Virus record (IMG/VR): IMGVR_UViG_3300025127_000036
Location: 1-59,428 of that record
Strand: one strand, 5' to 3'
From: a virus
Lineage: Duplodnaviria; Caudoviricetes
Length of the DNA: 59,428 nt
Shown here: positions 1 through 10,071 of the stretch, one piece after another
How positions within the stretch are numbered: the stretch's first letter is position 1
Layout: each line of letters opens with the position of its first letter
The notes under the pieces: generated by a model
The model's input: the letters and a program-made list of their open reading frames with translations, nothing else
Told to the model about the DNA's origin: nothing
The model's database searches: none
Program-made: the position numbers and the translations under genes

Positions 1-1
1 A

Positions 2-76
2 CAAAATACGGACTATATTGAAATACAAGAATGGATAGCAAATGGTGGAAGTGTAATTGATAATTCACCAGAATAG
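2..76 (+). CDS. 3' fragment of small tail-associated protein (truncated by window start)
   Basis: Frame reads QNTDYIEIQEWIANGGSVIDNSPE*; shares the N-x-x-Y-x-EIQEW motif with ORF 4014..4193. Confidence 0.7.
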   Translation, partial: QNTDYIEIQEWIANGGSVIDNSPE

Positions 77-104
77 TATAATATAGAAAAAAGGAGGACA
101 AACT

Positions 105-455
105 ATGGCATCACTATCAAGCAAAGTTAAAACATATTTGGCTAATAACGGAGTTAACGATGTTGACTTTATGGTAGACGTTTTGCTTCAAGATGATTCG
201 AATGGAAAGGGCCCATACATCAAAAGTTGGAATGTATCAGGTGTAGCTCAACCGACATCGGAACAACTGGACGCTGTAGATTCTGCTGCTGATCTTGAAG
301 AAAGACAAAATGCAGTAAGAGCTACAAGACGAAACGCCTATGGGGATATCGGTAGCCAGCTCGACATGCAATACCACGATTCAGTGGACGGCACTTCTAC
401 ATGGAAGGACCACGTTGCAAAGGTCAAGACTGACAATCCAATCCCAACTGAATAA
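105..455 (+). CDS. tail fibre-associated/chaperone-like protein
   Basis: GGAGG RBS; C-terminal RRNAYGDIGSQLDMQYHD..TWKDHVAKVK..P resembles phage fibre-associated chaperones; context. Confidence 0.6.
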   Translation: MASLSSKVKTYLANNGVNDVDFMVDVLLQDDSNGKGPYIKSWNVSGVAQPTSEQLDAVDSAADLEERQNAVRATRRNAYGDIGSQLDMQYHDSVDGTSTWKDHVAKVKTDNPIPTE

Positions 456-469
456 GGAGGTAATACAAA

Positions 470-928
470 TTGGCTTACGTAGGAAAAGCTCCAAGCACGG
501 GGCGATACAGTATACTAGATGATATCAGTAGTTCATTTACTGGTTCAACCGCGGGTCCGTTTAACTTAACGGTCAACGGGACTGCTATATCTCCAGGTAA
601 CGAAGCTAATTGTATTATCTCTGTTTCAGGAGTTGTCCAAGAGCCGCAAAGCGCGTATATCATAACAGGATCACAAATTACTTTTACATCAAACCCTGCT
701 GCATCAGATACATTTTTTGGTGTAGTATTAGGTGATGTATTTGATATTGGAACTCCAACAGATTCAACAGTCACAGCAGCAAGTTTAGGTTCAACATTTT
801 TTGTAAAGAACAGTCAGACGTTTACAAGTATATCTATGGCAAGTACAACTAACGGAGCAGTTGTTGGTCCTGTTACAGTTTCAGGCACAGTGACTATACC
901 ATCAGGGAGTACATTCGTAATTTTATAA
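470..928 (+). CDS. tail fibre/virion structural protein (paralogue of 58802..59245)
   Basis: AAGGAGGT RBS with TTG start; MAYVGKAP..VSGVVQEP..AYIITGSQITFTSNP and C-terminal GPVTVSGTVTI shared with 58802..59245. Confidence 0.75.
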   Translation: MAYVGKAPSTGRYSILDDISSSFTGSTAGPFNLTVNGTAISPGNEANCIISVSGVVQEPQSAYIITGSQITFTSNPAASDTFFGVVLGDVFDIGTPTDSTVTAASLGSTFFVKNSQTFTSISMASTTNGAVVGPVTVSGTVTIPSGSTFVIL

Positions 929-1458
929 TGAGTAAACTTGAGACAAATATAATTGATACAGTATCAGGAACAACTAATTTAACTATTGGTTCTACTAATA
1001 CATCTACAATAACTGTACCTAATGGTAAAATGACTGGACAAAATAATCCATCTTTTTATGCTTATAAAAATGCTGGTCAGACAATATCAAACAATACTAA
1101 TACAAAAGTAGTTTTTGATTTAGAATTATTTGATAATGGTTCATGCTATGATACTAGTAGTTCGCGTTTTACTCCTGGAATTGCGGGTAAATATTTATGT
1201 ACAGGTGTTGTCGCTATGACTAATCATCCGTCTAGTAAATATGTTGGACTTTATCCATACAAAAATGGTGTACAAATCTATAGTGAATTAGACGTAAATG
1301 GGACTGCTGGAGATTTTGATACAAGATGTATAGGTACTTTCGTGGTTGATTTAGATGCAGATGATTATCTAGAAATATTTTTAAGACACAATGGTGATGC
1401 TACTGAAGATACAAGAAGTGGTCATGAAGTAAGATTTATGGCACAGAGAATAGGATAA
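928..1458 (+). CDS. C1q-like beta-sandwich tail/receptor-binding protein
   Basis: PSFYAY..KVVFD..YDTSSSRFTPGIAGKY..YKNG..DDYLEIF pattern of C1q/TNF-like domains. Confidence 0.7.
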   Translation: MSKLETNIIDTVSGTTNLTIGSTNTSTITVPNGKMTGQNNPSFYAYKNAGQTISNNTNTKVVFDLELFDNGSCYDTSSSRFTPGIAGKYLCTGVVAMTNHPSSKYVGLYPYKNGVQIYSELDVNGTAGDFDTRCIGTFVVDLDADDYLEIFLRHNGDATEDTRSGHEVRFMAQRIG

Positions 1459-1460
1459 TA

Positions 1461-1997
1461 ATGGCAAACGGAATTTTAAAAGTCGGTGAAATAACAACTA
1501 GCTCTGGATCTGGTAACATTACTATTGGATCAGGTGTTACGTTAGTAAATAATACACCAGCCTTAAAAGTTACAAGAGCCTCTTCAAATCAAACAAGTAT
1601 CTCAAGCGCTACTGCTACAAAAATACAATTTAATTCTGAAGATTCTTTAACAACATCTGGTACTTGGGATTCAACTAATTATAGATGGACTCCAGGTGTA
1701 GCAGGAAAATATTTAATATCTTTAAATGTAGAAATAGTTTCTGCATCAGATACGGCAAAACAATGCATTGCGTACATATATAAAAATGGATCTAGTATTT
1801 GCTACGGTTATTTAAATATGAATGCTTTTGATTTAAGAAGCAGTGGTTCTCAAGCAATTGGTGCTGTTACAGTTGATACAGCAACAGCGACTGATTACTA
1901 TGAGGGATTTGTGTATATGCAAACTAACTCTGGAACTGTTAGTGTAAGAACACAAGCTGATAATACAAATTTAATAGGATATAAATTAGGAATATAG
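1461..1997 (+). CDS. C1q-like beta-sandwich tail/receptor-binding protein
   Basis: KIQFNSE..WDSTNYRWTPGVAGKY..IYKNG..TDYYEGFVY; paralogue of preceding ORF. Confidence 0.7.
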   Translation: MANGILKVGEITTSSGSGNITIGSGVTLVNNTPALKVTRASSNQTSISSATATKIQFNSEDSLTTSGTWDSTNYRWTPGVAGKYLISLNVEIVSASDTAKQCIAYIYKNGSSICYGYLNMNAFDLRSSGSQAIGAVTVDTATATDYYEGFVYMQTNSGTVSVRTQADNTNLIGYKLGI

Positions 1998-1998
1998 T

Positions 1999-2625
1999 AT
2001 GAGTAGTATTTTAAAAGTAAACACAATTCAAGACGGTGGTGGTAATAATTTAATTACTTCTGACGGAAGTGGTAATGTAACTTCAGTTGGTTTTAATAAT
2101 GCAGGTACAAATGTTTTATTAAATTCTCAAACTGTATCAACAGCAGTTGCAACAGTAGCTTTTGATAATACATATTTTACTGATAATTATGAATATTATA
2201 AAATTTTATTTTATAAGGTTTTACCAAGCGCAACTAATTCAAGTTTTCAATTAGAATATTCTATCGACAATGGTTCAAACTTTTTATCAAGTGCTGTTAA
2301 CACTATGAGAAGATTTTCTAGATTAGATTCTGATTCTACAGGAACAGAAATAGGTGCAGGAACAAGTTTCACCAGATTTGCTACAAATATTTCAAACACG
2401 GCAAGCAAAGGTGTTCAAGGAGAAATTATTTTTTTTAATTTAAGACAGACTTGGACAAAATGGGTAAATGCTCATTGCATAGGGCAAGAAAATGCACAAA
2501 TGTATCAATGGAGAGTAGGGTCATTTATAAATAGCACAGACAAAATTAATTACATGAGATTTTTTTTCAGCAGTGGTGCAAATTTTACAAATGGTAGATT
2601 TGATTTGTATGGAGTGAAATCATAA
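1999..2625 (+). CDS. tail fibre-associated beta-sandwich protein
   Basis: N-terminal MSSILKVNTIQD assembly motif shared with neighbours; ends GRFDLYGVK. Confidence 0.6.
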   Translation: MSSILKVNTIQDGGGNNLITSDGSGNVTSVGFNNAGTNVLLNSQTVSTAVATVAFDNTYFTDNYEYYKILFYKVLPSATNSSFQLEYSIDNGSNFLSSAVNTMRRFSRLDSDSTGTEIGAGTSFTRFATNISNTASKGVQGEIIFFNLRQTWTKWVNAHCIGQENAQMYQWRVGSFINSTDKINYMRFFFSSGANFTNGRFDLYGVKS

Positions 2626-2900
2626 TGAAGAAAATGGTTAATGGTATAGTTATGGATATGACAGCAGAGGAAACATCTGTTTTTAATTCAAGAATTCAAA
2701 CATCTTTTGAAGAAGCCATGCAAGATTTGAGGAATAAAAGAAATAATCTTTTAGCAGAAACTGATTGGTATTCTAATTCAGATGTAACAATGAGTGATGA
2801 TATGAAAATATATAGACAACAATTAAGAGATTTAACACAAGGATTAACAACAGCAGAAGAAGTTGAGGCAGTTGTTTTTCCCACAAAACCTGGAGCATAG
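2625..2900 (+). CDS. tail fibre assembly chaperone
   Basis: LRNKRNNLLAETDW..YRQQLRDL..FPTKP signature of phage tail assembly chaperones. Confidence 0.8.
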   Translation: MKKMVNGIVMDMTAEETSVFNSRIQTSFEEAMQDLRNKRNNLLAETDWYSNSDVTMSDDMKIYRQQLRDLTQGLTTAEEVEAVVFPTKPGA

Positions 2901-4013
2901 ATGGCAATAACTAGAATAGGTAACCCAGCAATCGCAGATGTCAGAGGCGTTAATTTTAGGAATATAATAATTAATGGTGACATGAGTGTATCTCAACGTG
3001 GAACTTCTTTTGCTGGTGCAAATGATGATGACTATACTTTAGATAGATTTAGATATGATATAAGTGGAACAGACGTTTATCAATTTACAATTTCACAAGA
3101 TACAGATGTGCCAACTGGTCAAGGTTTTGCAAAATCTATGAAGTTTGATTGCACAACTGCTGATGCATCTTTAGATGCAGATAACTTTGCTATAATTCAT
3201 ACAAGACTTGAAGGACAAAATTTACAGTATTTAAAAAAAGGAACATCCTCTGCTGAAAGCACAACTTTATCTTTTTGGGTAAAATCAAATAAGACTGGAA
3301 CATATATTGCTGAACTTCAAGATAGTGATAACAATAGAGTAATTTGTAAGTCTTATACAATTTCATCTTCGGATACTTGGGAAAAGAAAACTATAACTTT
3401 TGTTGGAGACACCACTGGTGCTTTTGATAATGATAATGCCGCTAGTTTAAGAGTTAATTTTTGGTTGTTAGCAGGAACACAATTTACTTCTGGTACTTTA
3501 GCAACATCATGGGAAAGTAGAACCAATGCAAACAGAGCAGTAGGTCAAGTTAATCTTGGAGACAATACATCCAATGAATGGTACATAACTGGAATCCAGC
3601 TTGAGGCAGGCTCACAAGCCAGCGACTTTGAGTTCTTGCCAATTGATGTAAACTTAGAAAGATGTAAAAGATATTTTCAAACAAAAGGAACATCTTTATC
3701 ACCTAATGCATTTACCAATAACCAAACAGTTGCTATGGGTTTAGCAAGAACAGTCAGTCAGGCTCAATGTTACATGGAACTTAATCCTATAATGAGAAGT
3801 GAGCCTACAGTTAGCGGCATAGGAACTTTGTCAAATTTAAAATGTCATACTGCTACAGGCGGTAATGTAAACACATCAAGTATAGGTTCAGATGGAACAC
3901 CTAATAGACAGCAAGTAACATATCTTGCAAACAATCTAACATCAGGTCTTAATAACAATGAACCAATAAGACTTTATGGTGGCTATACAATAACATTTGA
4001 TGCGGAGTTATAA
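2901..4013 (+). CDS. tail fibre/carbohydrate-binding receptor-binding protein
   Basis: FRNIIINGDMSVSQRGTS..DRF..TLSFWVKS..ITGIQLEAG..FE..LERCKRYFQ, a common marine phage fibre domain. Confidence 0.75.
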   Translation: MAITRIGNPAIADVRGVNFRNIIINGDMSVSQRGTSFAGANDDDYTLDRFRYDISGTDVYQFTISQDTDVPTGQGFAKSMKFDCTTADASLDADNFAIIHTRLEGQNLQYLKKGTSSAESTTLSFWVKSNKTGTYIAELQDSDNNRVICKSYTISSSDTWEKKTITFVGDTTGAFDNDNAASLRVNFWLLAGTQFTSGTLATSWESRTNANRAVGQVNLGDNTSNEWYITGIQLEAGSQASDFEFLPIDVNLERCKRYFQTKGTSLSPNAFTNNQTVAMGLARTVSQAQCYMELNPIMRSEPTVSGIGTLSNLKCHTATGGNVNTSSIGSDGTPNRQQVTYLANNLTSGLNNNEPIRLYGGYTITFDAEL

Positions 4014-4193
4014 ATGATAGTTTCAGTTATAAAAGAATATGGAATAACAGATAATACAGATTTTAACTATAGAGTAGAATATTCTGATGGAACAGAGCAT
4101 ATAGTTCCACATTCAGAAGCAAACAGACACTACCAAGAAATACAAGAATGGGCCAAGATAGAAGGCAATAACATTATCGATCCAGGAGCGTAA
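4014..4193 (+). CDS. small tail-associated protein (59 aa, not in ORF track)
   Basis: ATG abuts previous stop; MIVSVIKEYG..HIVPHSEANRHYQEIQEWAKIEGNNIIDPGA*. Confidence 0.75.
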   Translation: MIVSVIKEYGITDNTDFNYRVEYSDGTEHIVPHSEANRHYQEIQEWAKIEGNNIIDPGA

Positions 4194-4195
4194 CC

Positions 4196-4906
4196 ATGGC
4201 TTTTGGACATAGTTCATTTTCAGGCGCAGCCTTTTCATCAACTGGAAGTACACCAGGAACAGTTGTTGTTACAGGTATATCTCTTACAGCTTCTTTAGGT
4301 AATACAACAACACAAGCAAATGCAAATGTATTTCCAACATCAAACTTAATTACCTCAGCTATAGGAAGTGTAAGTGTTGCTTTAAACACACCTGTTAATG
4401 TATCAGGTTCCCAACTTACAACTAATATTGGTAACTCAATCATATCTGGTAATGCAAACGCAAATGCAACAGGTTCATTGCTAAGTCTTTCAATTGGAAG
4501 TGTTACAACGATCGGTAATGCGAACGTCACTGTTACAGGAAATCAATTAACATTATCTTTAGGTAACACAACACAGCAAGCAAATGCAAACGTAAATGTT
4601 ATTGGACAACAGTTATCGCTAAATATTGGTAATGCATCAGTTGACCTTAATACTCCAGTCAATGTAACTGGTAGTGCTTTAAACACTAATATTGGTAGTG
4701 TAAGTGTACAAGCTAATGCAAATGTAAGTCTGACAGGTATACAGCTAACTACAAGCATTAATTCACCGTTAATTATAGCTTGGGCTGAAGTAGATCCTGG
4801 AGTCACTAATACGTGGACAGCTGTTGATCCAAGTGTAACAAATACTTGGAATGTAGTAGATCCAGACGTTACAAACACTTGGACTGAGGTTGATATAGCA
4901 GCTTAG
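4196..4906 (+). CDS. repetitive virion structural protein
   Basis: ~26-aa repeats (V-x-V-x-G-x-x-L-x-x-x-[IL]-G) and four C-terminal W-x-x-V-D repeats. Confidence 0.7.
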   Translation: MAFGHSSFSGAAFSSTGSTPGTVVVTGISLTASLGNTTTQANANVFPTSNLITSAIGSVSVALNTPVNVSGSQLTTNIGNSIISGNANANATGSLLSLSIGSVTTIGNANVTVTGNQLTLSLGNTTQQANANVNVIGQQLSLNIGNASVDLNTPVNVTGSALNTNIGSVSVQANANVSLTGIQLTTSINSPLIIAWAEVDPGVTNTWTAVDPSVTNTWNVVDPDVTNTWTEVDIAA

Positions 4907-4923
4907 GGGAGTTATAATACGGT

Positions 4924-5622
4924 ATGCCTTCAACATTTTCTACAGATTTGAAACTAGAGCTCATGGCAACCGGTGAAAACGCTGGTACTTGGGGAACTAA
5001 AACAAATACAAACCTTAATCTAGTTCAACAATCTATAGCAGGTTTTCAAGAAATAGATGTAGCGTCAAATGACGTTACACTGGCAATGACAAACGGTAGT
5101 ATATCTAATGCAAGAAATATGGTTCTTAAATTTACAGGAACTCTTGCTGCCAATAGAACTGTAAATTTTCCAGCAAGTATAGAAAAATATTTTTCTGTGA
5201 TTGATGGCACAGATCACGCAGGAAATTCTCTTACATTTAAAGTAACGAGTCAAACAGGTTTTAAATTATGTGAGGGTCATTCTTATATTTGTCACTCAAA
5301 CGGAACAGACATTATAAAAAACCATGAAGAAAAAGTTTGGAGAACTATCAATGCGGCAGAGACAGTACAGGCAGGGGCACAGTTATTTGTAGATACTTCT
5401 TCTTCTGCTGTTACAGTAACGCTACCTGCTTCACCATCAGTAGGTGATGAGGTAACTTTTTTAGATTCAAAATATAATTTTGACAGTAACAATTTAACTG
5501 TGGCAAGAAATTCAAGTAAATTATTAAATGCAACATCTGATTTAACGGTAGCAGTTGAAGGAGCAGCTTTTACATTAGTTTATGCTGATGCTACTATTGG
5601 TTGGACTTATAAGGATAAATAA
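4924..5622 (+). CDS. tail structural protein
   Basis: MPSTFSTDLKLELMATGENAGTWGTKTNTNL N-terminus; DTSSSAVTVTLPASPSVGD fibre-type motif. Confidence 0.7.
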   Translation: MPSTFSTDLKLELMATGENAGTWGTKTNTNLNLVQQSIAGFQEIDVASNDVTLAMTNGSISNARNMVLKFTGTLAANRTVNFPASIEKYFSVIDGTDHAGNSLTFKVTSQTGFKLCEGHSYICHSNGTDIIKNHEEKVWRTINAAETVQAGAQLFVDTSSSAVTVTLPASPSVGDEVTFLDSKYNFDSNNLTVARNSSKLLNATSDLTVAVEGAAFTLVYADATIGWTYKDK

Positions 5623-6167
5623 TGTCAGGATATTCAGAAACAAAATATTCAGCATCGGGTGTAAAAACAGGGACTATTGTACCACATGGAAGTACAACTG
5701 TACCTACTGGATTTTTATATTGTGATGGGTCTGCTGTATCACGAACTACTTATGCTAATTTATTTTCTGTAATCTCAACAACTTATGGTACAGGTGATGG
5801 AGCTTCAACATTTAATTTACCTGATCTACAAAACAATGTTCCTCTTGGAAGATCTGGCACTAAAGCATTAGGATCAACTGGTGGTGCAGAATCGCAAACA
5901 CCTTCTGGAACTGTTGCGAACCACACTTTAACAGTTTCACAAATACCTTCACATACTCATACGCACCCAGGTCATCAACAAGAACAAGGTATTAGACACA
6001 GAGATGGCACTGATAGAATTCCTCAAAGAGGTGATCAAGGAAGCGCTAGTGGAACTTTTACTTTTGGTAGCACTGGTGGTGGTGGAGCGCACAACCATGG
6101 TTGGACTGGTTCGAGCATGTCAATTTTACAACCTTATCTTGCTTTAAATTATATTATAAAAACTTAG
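5622..6167 (+). CDS. tail collar domain protein
   Basis: PTGFLYCDGSAVSRTTYANLFSVISTTYGTGDGASTFNLPDL..HNH..QPYLALNYIIKT. Confidence 0.9.
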   Translation: MSGYSETKYSASGVKTGTIVPHGSTTVPTGFLYCDGSAVSRTTYANLFSVISTTYGTGDGASTFNLPDLQNNVPLGRSGTKALGSTGGAESQTPSGTVANHTLTVSQIPSHTHTHPGHQQEQGIRHRDGTDRIPQRGDQGSASGTFTFGSTGGGGAHNHGWTGSSMSILQPYLALNYIIKT

Positions 6168-6175
6168 GAGATTTT

Positions 6176-8086
6176 ATGCCTTTAACTAGCGTTTCTATAA
6201 GAGCAGGCATTAATAAAACCGACACACCTGCAGGTGCAGAGGGTCAATGGATTGATAGTGATTTTGTAAGATTTAGATATGGACAACCTGAAAAGATTGG
6301 TGGCTTTGAGGCTATAGGTCAAAAAACAATATCTGGCCCTGCAAGAGCTCAGCACACTTGGAATGATTTAGAAGGTAGAAAGTATGCTGCACTAGGGACA
6401 TCTAAAGCTTTATATGTTTATTATGAGGATGCGTTTTATGATATTACTCCTCTTGATACAGCTATATCTGGTGCAACATTTACAACAACAAATACATCAA
6501 CTACAGTTACAGTAAACAAAACATCACATAATTTAGAATTAGGGGAGTATATAACATTCACATCAGTTACACCTCCAACTGGAGCAGGATTTGTAGCTAC
6601 TGATTTTGAAAATAATACATTTGAAGTTTTAAATGTGGCAGCTAATACTTTTGATATAACAATGCCTTCCGCAGCATCTGGGTCAACTTCTGCAACAGGT
6701 AGTGGAGTAATAAACCCATATGTTGAGATTGGTCCTACGATACAAACCTATGGTTATGGTTGGGGCACAAGCACATGGGGAACTGTGGCATGGGGTATAG
6801 GAAGTACATCAACACAAGTTATACTTGATCCTGGTTCATGGTCATTAGATAATTTTGGTCAACAACTTATTGCCACAATTAAAGATGGTAAAACTTGGGT
6901 GTGGGATGCAGGTCTATCAAATCCACTTGAAAGAAGAGCTGTCGTTATGTCAGGTGCGCCAACTGCATCAAGACTAACAATAACTTCTGATAGAGATAGG
7001 CACGTAGTACACTTTGGTACTGAGACTACAATAGGTGATGGAACAACTCAGGATCCTATGTTTATTAGATTTAGTGACCAAGAAGACTACACGACATATG
7101 TTCCAACTTCTACAAATACGGCAGGAACATTTAGACTGGACACCGGAAACAAAATAGTAGCAGCCGTATCTGGTAAAGATTACAATTTAATTTTAACTGA
7201 TCAAGCAGCATACGTAATGCAGTTTGTTGGACCACCTTTTACTTTTTCTATAAGACAAGTTGGTTCTAACTGTGGATGTATTGGTCATCACGCAGCAGTT
7301 TATGCAGATGGTCAAGTCTTTTGGATGGGAAAAGGTGGGGGATTTTTTAAATTTGATGGTACAGTAAAACTTTTACCTTCGCTTATTGAAGATTTTGTAT
7401 TTACAACTACAGGCACTAATGTTGGTGTAAATTATGCATCTAATGAAATTATATATGCATCTCATAATTCTTTATTCAATGAAATTGTATGGTTTTATCC
7501 TGCTGGGACTCCAGTCAGTAATCCATCTTTACAGAATAATAGATCAGCAACATATAACTATATAGAAAATACTTGGACTACAATGACTTTATCAAGAAGC
7601 ACATATGCAGATGCATCTACATACGCAGTGCCATACGCAACAGAGTACGACCCGACTGCTGTGCCAACTGCATCAAATTTATTTGGTGCTACAAATACTT
7701 TTGGAGCTACCACTTATTATGCACATGAAGTTGGTGTTAATAAAGTTGATCTCAATTCACAAGTTACAGCGATACCCGCTTTTGTTACCTCTGGAGATTT
7801 TGATTTACCAACAGAGGGTGACGGTCAATTTTTGTTACGAGTGAGTAGGTTTTTACCAGATTTTAAAAACTTACAAGGTACCGCTAAAGTAACTTTGAAC
7901 ACAAAAGATTTTCCAATATCAGGTAATACAACCACAGCTCAATTTGATGTAACTACTAGCACAAGTAAAATTGATACTAGAGTTCGTGGAAGATTAGCTA
8001 ACCTTAAAATAGAAAATACTTCTACAAATGAAACTTGGAGGTTTGGAACATTTAGGGCAGACGTTAATATTGATGGTAGAAGATAA
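6176..8086 (+). CDS. tail tube/nozzle (tubular protein B-like)
   Basis: GGAG RBS before ATG 6176; WIDSDFVRFRYGQPEKIGG, IRFSDQED, FWMG..FFKFDG motifs of podophage nozzle proteins. Confidence 0.75.
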   Translation: MPLTSVSIRAGINKTDTPAGAEGQWIDSDFVRFRYGQPEKIGGFEAIGQKTISGPARAQHTWNDLEGRKYAALGTSKALYVYYEDAFYDITPLDTAISGATFTTTNTSTTVTVNKTSHNLELGEYITFTSVTPPTGAGFVATDFENNTFEVLNVAANTFDITMPSAASGSTSATGSGVINPYVEIGPTIQTYGYGWGTSTWGTVAWGIGSTSTQVILDPGSWSLDNFGQQLIATIKDGKTWVWDAGLSNPLERRAVVMSGAPTASRLTITSDRDRHVVHFGTETTIGDGTTQDPMFIRFSDQEDYTTYVPTSTNTAGTFRLDTGNKIVAAVSGKDYNLILTDQAAYVMQFVGPPFTFSIRQVGSNCGCIGHHAAVYADGQVFWMGKGGGFFKFDGTVKLLPSLIEDFVFTTTGTNVGVNYASNEIIYASHNSLFNEIVWFYPAGTPVSNPSLQNNRSATYNYIENTWTTMTLSRSTYADASTYAVPYATEYDPTAVPTASNLFGATNTFGATTYYAHEVGVNKVDLNSQVTAIPAFVTSGDFDLPTEGDGQFLLRVSRFLPDFKNLQGTAKVTLNTKDFPISGNTTTAQFDVTTSTSKIDTRVRGRLANLKIENTSTNETWRFGTFRADVNIDGRR

Positions 8087-8250
8087 TGGCTAAAATAAAT
8101 GTATATATACCTGAACCTCAACCAGAATATTCTGCTGAAAATTTTAGGCAGATAAACCAAGCGATAGAAACTGTAGAAAATCAACTTAACACTTCGTACC
8201 AACAAGACTTGAAAAATGAACAGGATGCGTTTAATTACTTTTTATCATGA
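8086..8250 (+). CDS. small virion protein (54 aa, not in ORF track)
   Basis: TAATG/ATGA coupling on both sides; MAKINVYIPEPQPEYSAENFRQINQAIE.. Confidence 0.75.
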   Translation: MAKINVYIPEPQPEYSAENFRQINQAIETVENQLNTSYQQDLKNEQDAFNYFLS

Positions 8251-8597
8251 CCATAAGATATAAAAACCAAGGTTTTGTACAAACTAATACAAATAAAACA
8301 ACAGTGTTGACGTGCCCAACTGATGCAACTTTAATTGTTAAAAGTATTTATTGTGCAAACAATGATGCATCATCAGCAATTTTAGTACACATGAATATAA
8401 AAGACTCTTCTGATTCTAATACAGAATATGAATTTTTTAGAGATGATGTTGGAGCAAAGTCACAAGTTAATGCTTCACCGCAAGGTTTAAACTTAGAAGC
8501 AGGAGATGCAATCACCGTTCAAGCAGGTACAGGAAGTAACAAAATACAAGGTTTAATTAGTTACGCACAAATAGATAGATCACAAGAAAATGGCTAA
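8247..8597 (+). CDS. virion structural protein (paralogue of 58467..58793)
   Basis: Similar beta-rich pattern (IYCAN..LNLEAGDAI vs IRCAN..IVLQNGDQL). Confidence 0.65.
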   Translation: MTIRYKNQGFVQTNTNKTTVLTCPTDATLIVKSIYCANNDASSAILVHMNIKDSSDSNTEYEFFRDDVGAKSQVNASPQGLNLEAGDAITVQAGTGSNKIQGLISYAQIDRSQENG

Positions 8598-8724
8598 ACG
8601 TAAATTTGTAAATTTTACACCAAGACCGAAACCTAGAAAACGTCCACGTAGACATAAAAAAAAGCTTTCAAAGGATGAGAAAAGAAGTTATAAGAAATAC
8701 AACAGACAAGGAAGGCCTCAATGA
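8590..8724 (+). CDS. small very basic protein (44 aa, not in ORF track)
   Basis: MAKRKFVNFTPRPKPRKRPRRHKKKLSKDEKRSYKKYNRQGRPQ*, coupled to both neighbours. Confidence 0.7.
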   Translation: MAKRKFVNFTPRPKPRKRPRRHKKKLSKDEKRSYKKYNRQGRPQ

Positions 8725-8924
8725 AATTTAATTTTGACGGTAAAGAATATGATTCTGACAAATTATCAGACAATGGTAAAATTTGTTTAGCAAGATTGCA
8801 AAACATAAAAACAAAGAAAGATAGTCTTACATTAGAGTTTAGTGAATTGAATGTTATAGAAAAACACTACGCTGATGAATTAAGAAAAAATTTACCAAAA
8901 GAAGATAAGGAAAAACAACAATGA
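8721..8924 (+). CDS. hypothetical protein
   Basis: ORF coupled in operon (ATGA overlaps). Confidence 0.7.
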   Translation: MKFNFDGKEYDSDKLSDNGKICLARLQNIKTKKDSLTLEFSELNVIEKHYADELRKNLPKEDKEKQQ

Positions 8925-9136
8925 ATTACGTTATAGTAGATGGTAAACAAGTTCCAGTAATTCCTGCAAAATCAAAAGAGGAAGTTTCTAACAAAAGAAC
9001 AGGACAGAAATATGAATCTAAACAGGAATTTGATAATGATGTAGCTAATCCTGAGACAGATACAGTTGCTGAGGATTTAAGAGTTGATCATACAATAACT
9101 GTTGCATCACTAGTCGTTGCTGGCGATACCCAATAA
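8921..9136 (+). CDS. hypothetical protein
   Basis: ORF coupled in operon. Confidence 0.7.
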   Translation: MNYVIVDGKQVPVIPAKSKEEVSNKRTGQKYESKQEFDNDVANPETDTVAEDLRVDHTITVASLVVAGDTQ

Positions 9137-10071
9137 TGGAACCTCAAGGCGGTACTGAGTTACAACATGCTTTTTTAGAAAAGTATGTAGACAAAGATTT
9201 ACTTAGTAATTTTCAAATATGCACATCCATACCTGGTAAGGTGCCTTTAGTAAAAGATAAAATAAATATACTTTGGCAAAAAAATTCTTACGATCAAGCA
9301 AACCTACAAGATTTTTTTAAAAATAAAAAAAGACATAATGAATATGATTGGTATGTTTTTAATTCACATTGGACATACGAAAAGTTTAGATTTTTTTTTG
9401 ATATACCTACAGAAAAATCTGTTGTCATAAAAAATGGTGTAACAAATTTTCCAAAAATAAAACCTTACAAAAAAAGTGATCCTGTCAGATTATTATTTCA
9501 CCCTACTCCATGGCGAGGATTGAATGTTATTTTAGGCGCCATGCAATATATCAAAGATCCAAATATTACTTTAGATGTTTACTCAAGCTGCGATGTTTAT
9601 GGTTCTGAGTTTAGAGATGCGCATCATAATGATTTTGTTGAGTTATTTGATCAAGCAAAGAAATTACCTAATGTAAATTATATAGGATATAAACCAAACC
9701 AATATATTTTAGATCACATTACAGATTATCAAATATTTGCCTACCCAAGTATATTTGAAGAAACGTTTTGTATATCTGCGGTTGAGGCAATGTCTGCGGG
9801 TCTGTATACAATTGTAACTAATTTTGGTGCATTGTTTGAAACTTGTTCTGAATGGCCAATATATGTAAACTATGAAAAAGATTACAAAAATTTATCTTAT
9901 GCCTTTGCTCACGCAATACAAATAGCAGCTTCACAACTTCATGAACCTTCAATACAAGAACATTTGCAAGATCAACAAAATTTTTATAAAAAGTTTTACA
10001 GTTGGGAAAAGAAATCAAATGAGTGGACTAAATTTTTAAAAGGAGCTCTAGATGCAAGACCAAGACCCTAG
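9136..10071 (+). CDS. glycosyltransferase (GT-B fold, GT4-like)
   Basis: GGTE N-terminus; YPSIFEETFCISAVEAMSAG (E-x7-E) motif. Confidence 0.85.
   Translation: MEPQGGTELQHAFLEKYVDKDLLSNFQICTSIPGKVPLVKDKINILWQKNSYDQANLQDFFKNKKRHNEYDWYVFNSHWTYEKFRFFFDIPTEKSVVIKNGVTNFPKIKPYKKSDPVRLLFHPTPWRGLNVILGAMQYIKDPNITLDVYSSCDVYGSEFRDAHHNDFVELFDQAKKLPNVNYIGYKPNQYILDHITDYQIFAYPSIFEETFCISAVEAMSAGLYTIVTNFGALFETCSEWPIYVNYEKDYKNLSYAFAHAIQIAASQLHEPSIQEHLQDQQNFYKKFYSWEKKSNEWTKFLKGALDARPRP

Noticed and set aside
2889-4193. Two tail ORFs both end in PGA*, suggesting a recombination junction
   Set aside because: The GGA-GC codons supply the GGAG Shine-Dalgarno of the next gene, so translational coupling explains it
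1-4193. Diversity-generating retroelement or shufflon acting on the fibre heads
   Set aside because: No reverse transcriptase, invertase or near-identical template/variable repeat pair seen; all modules are on one strand
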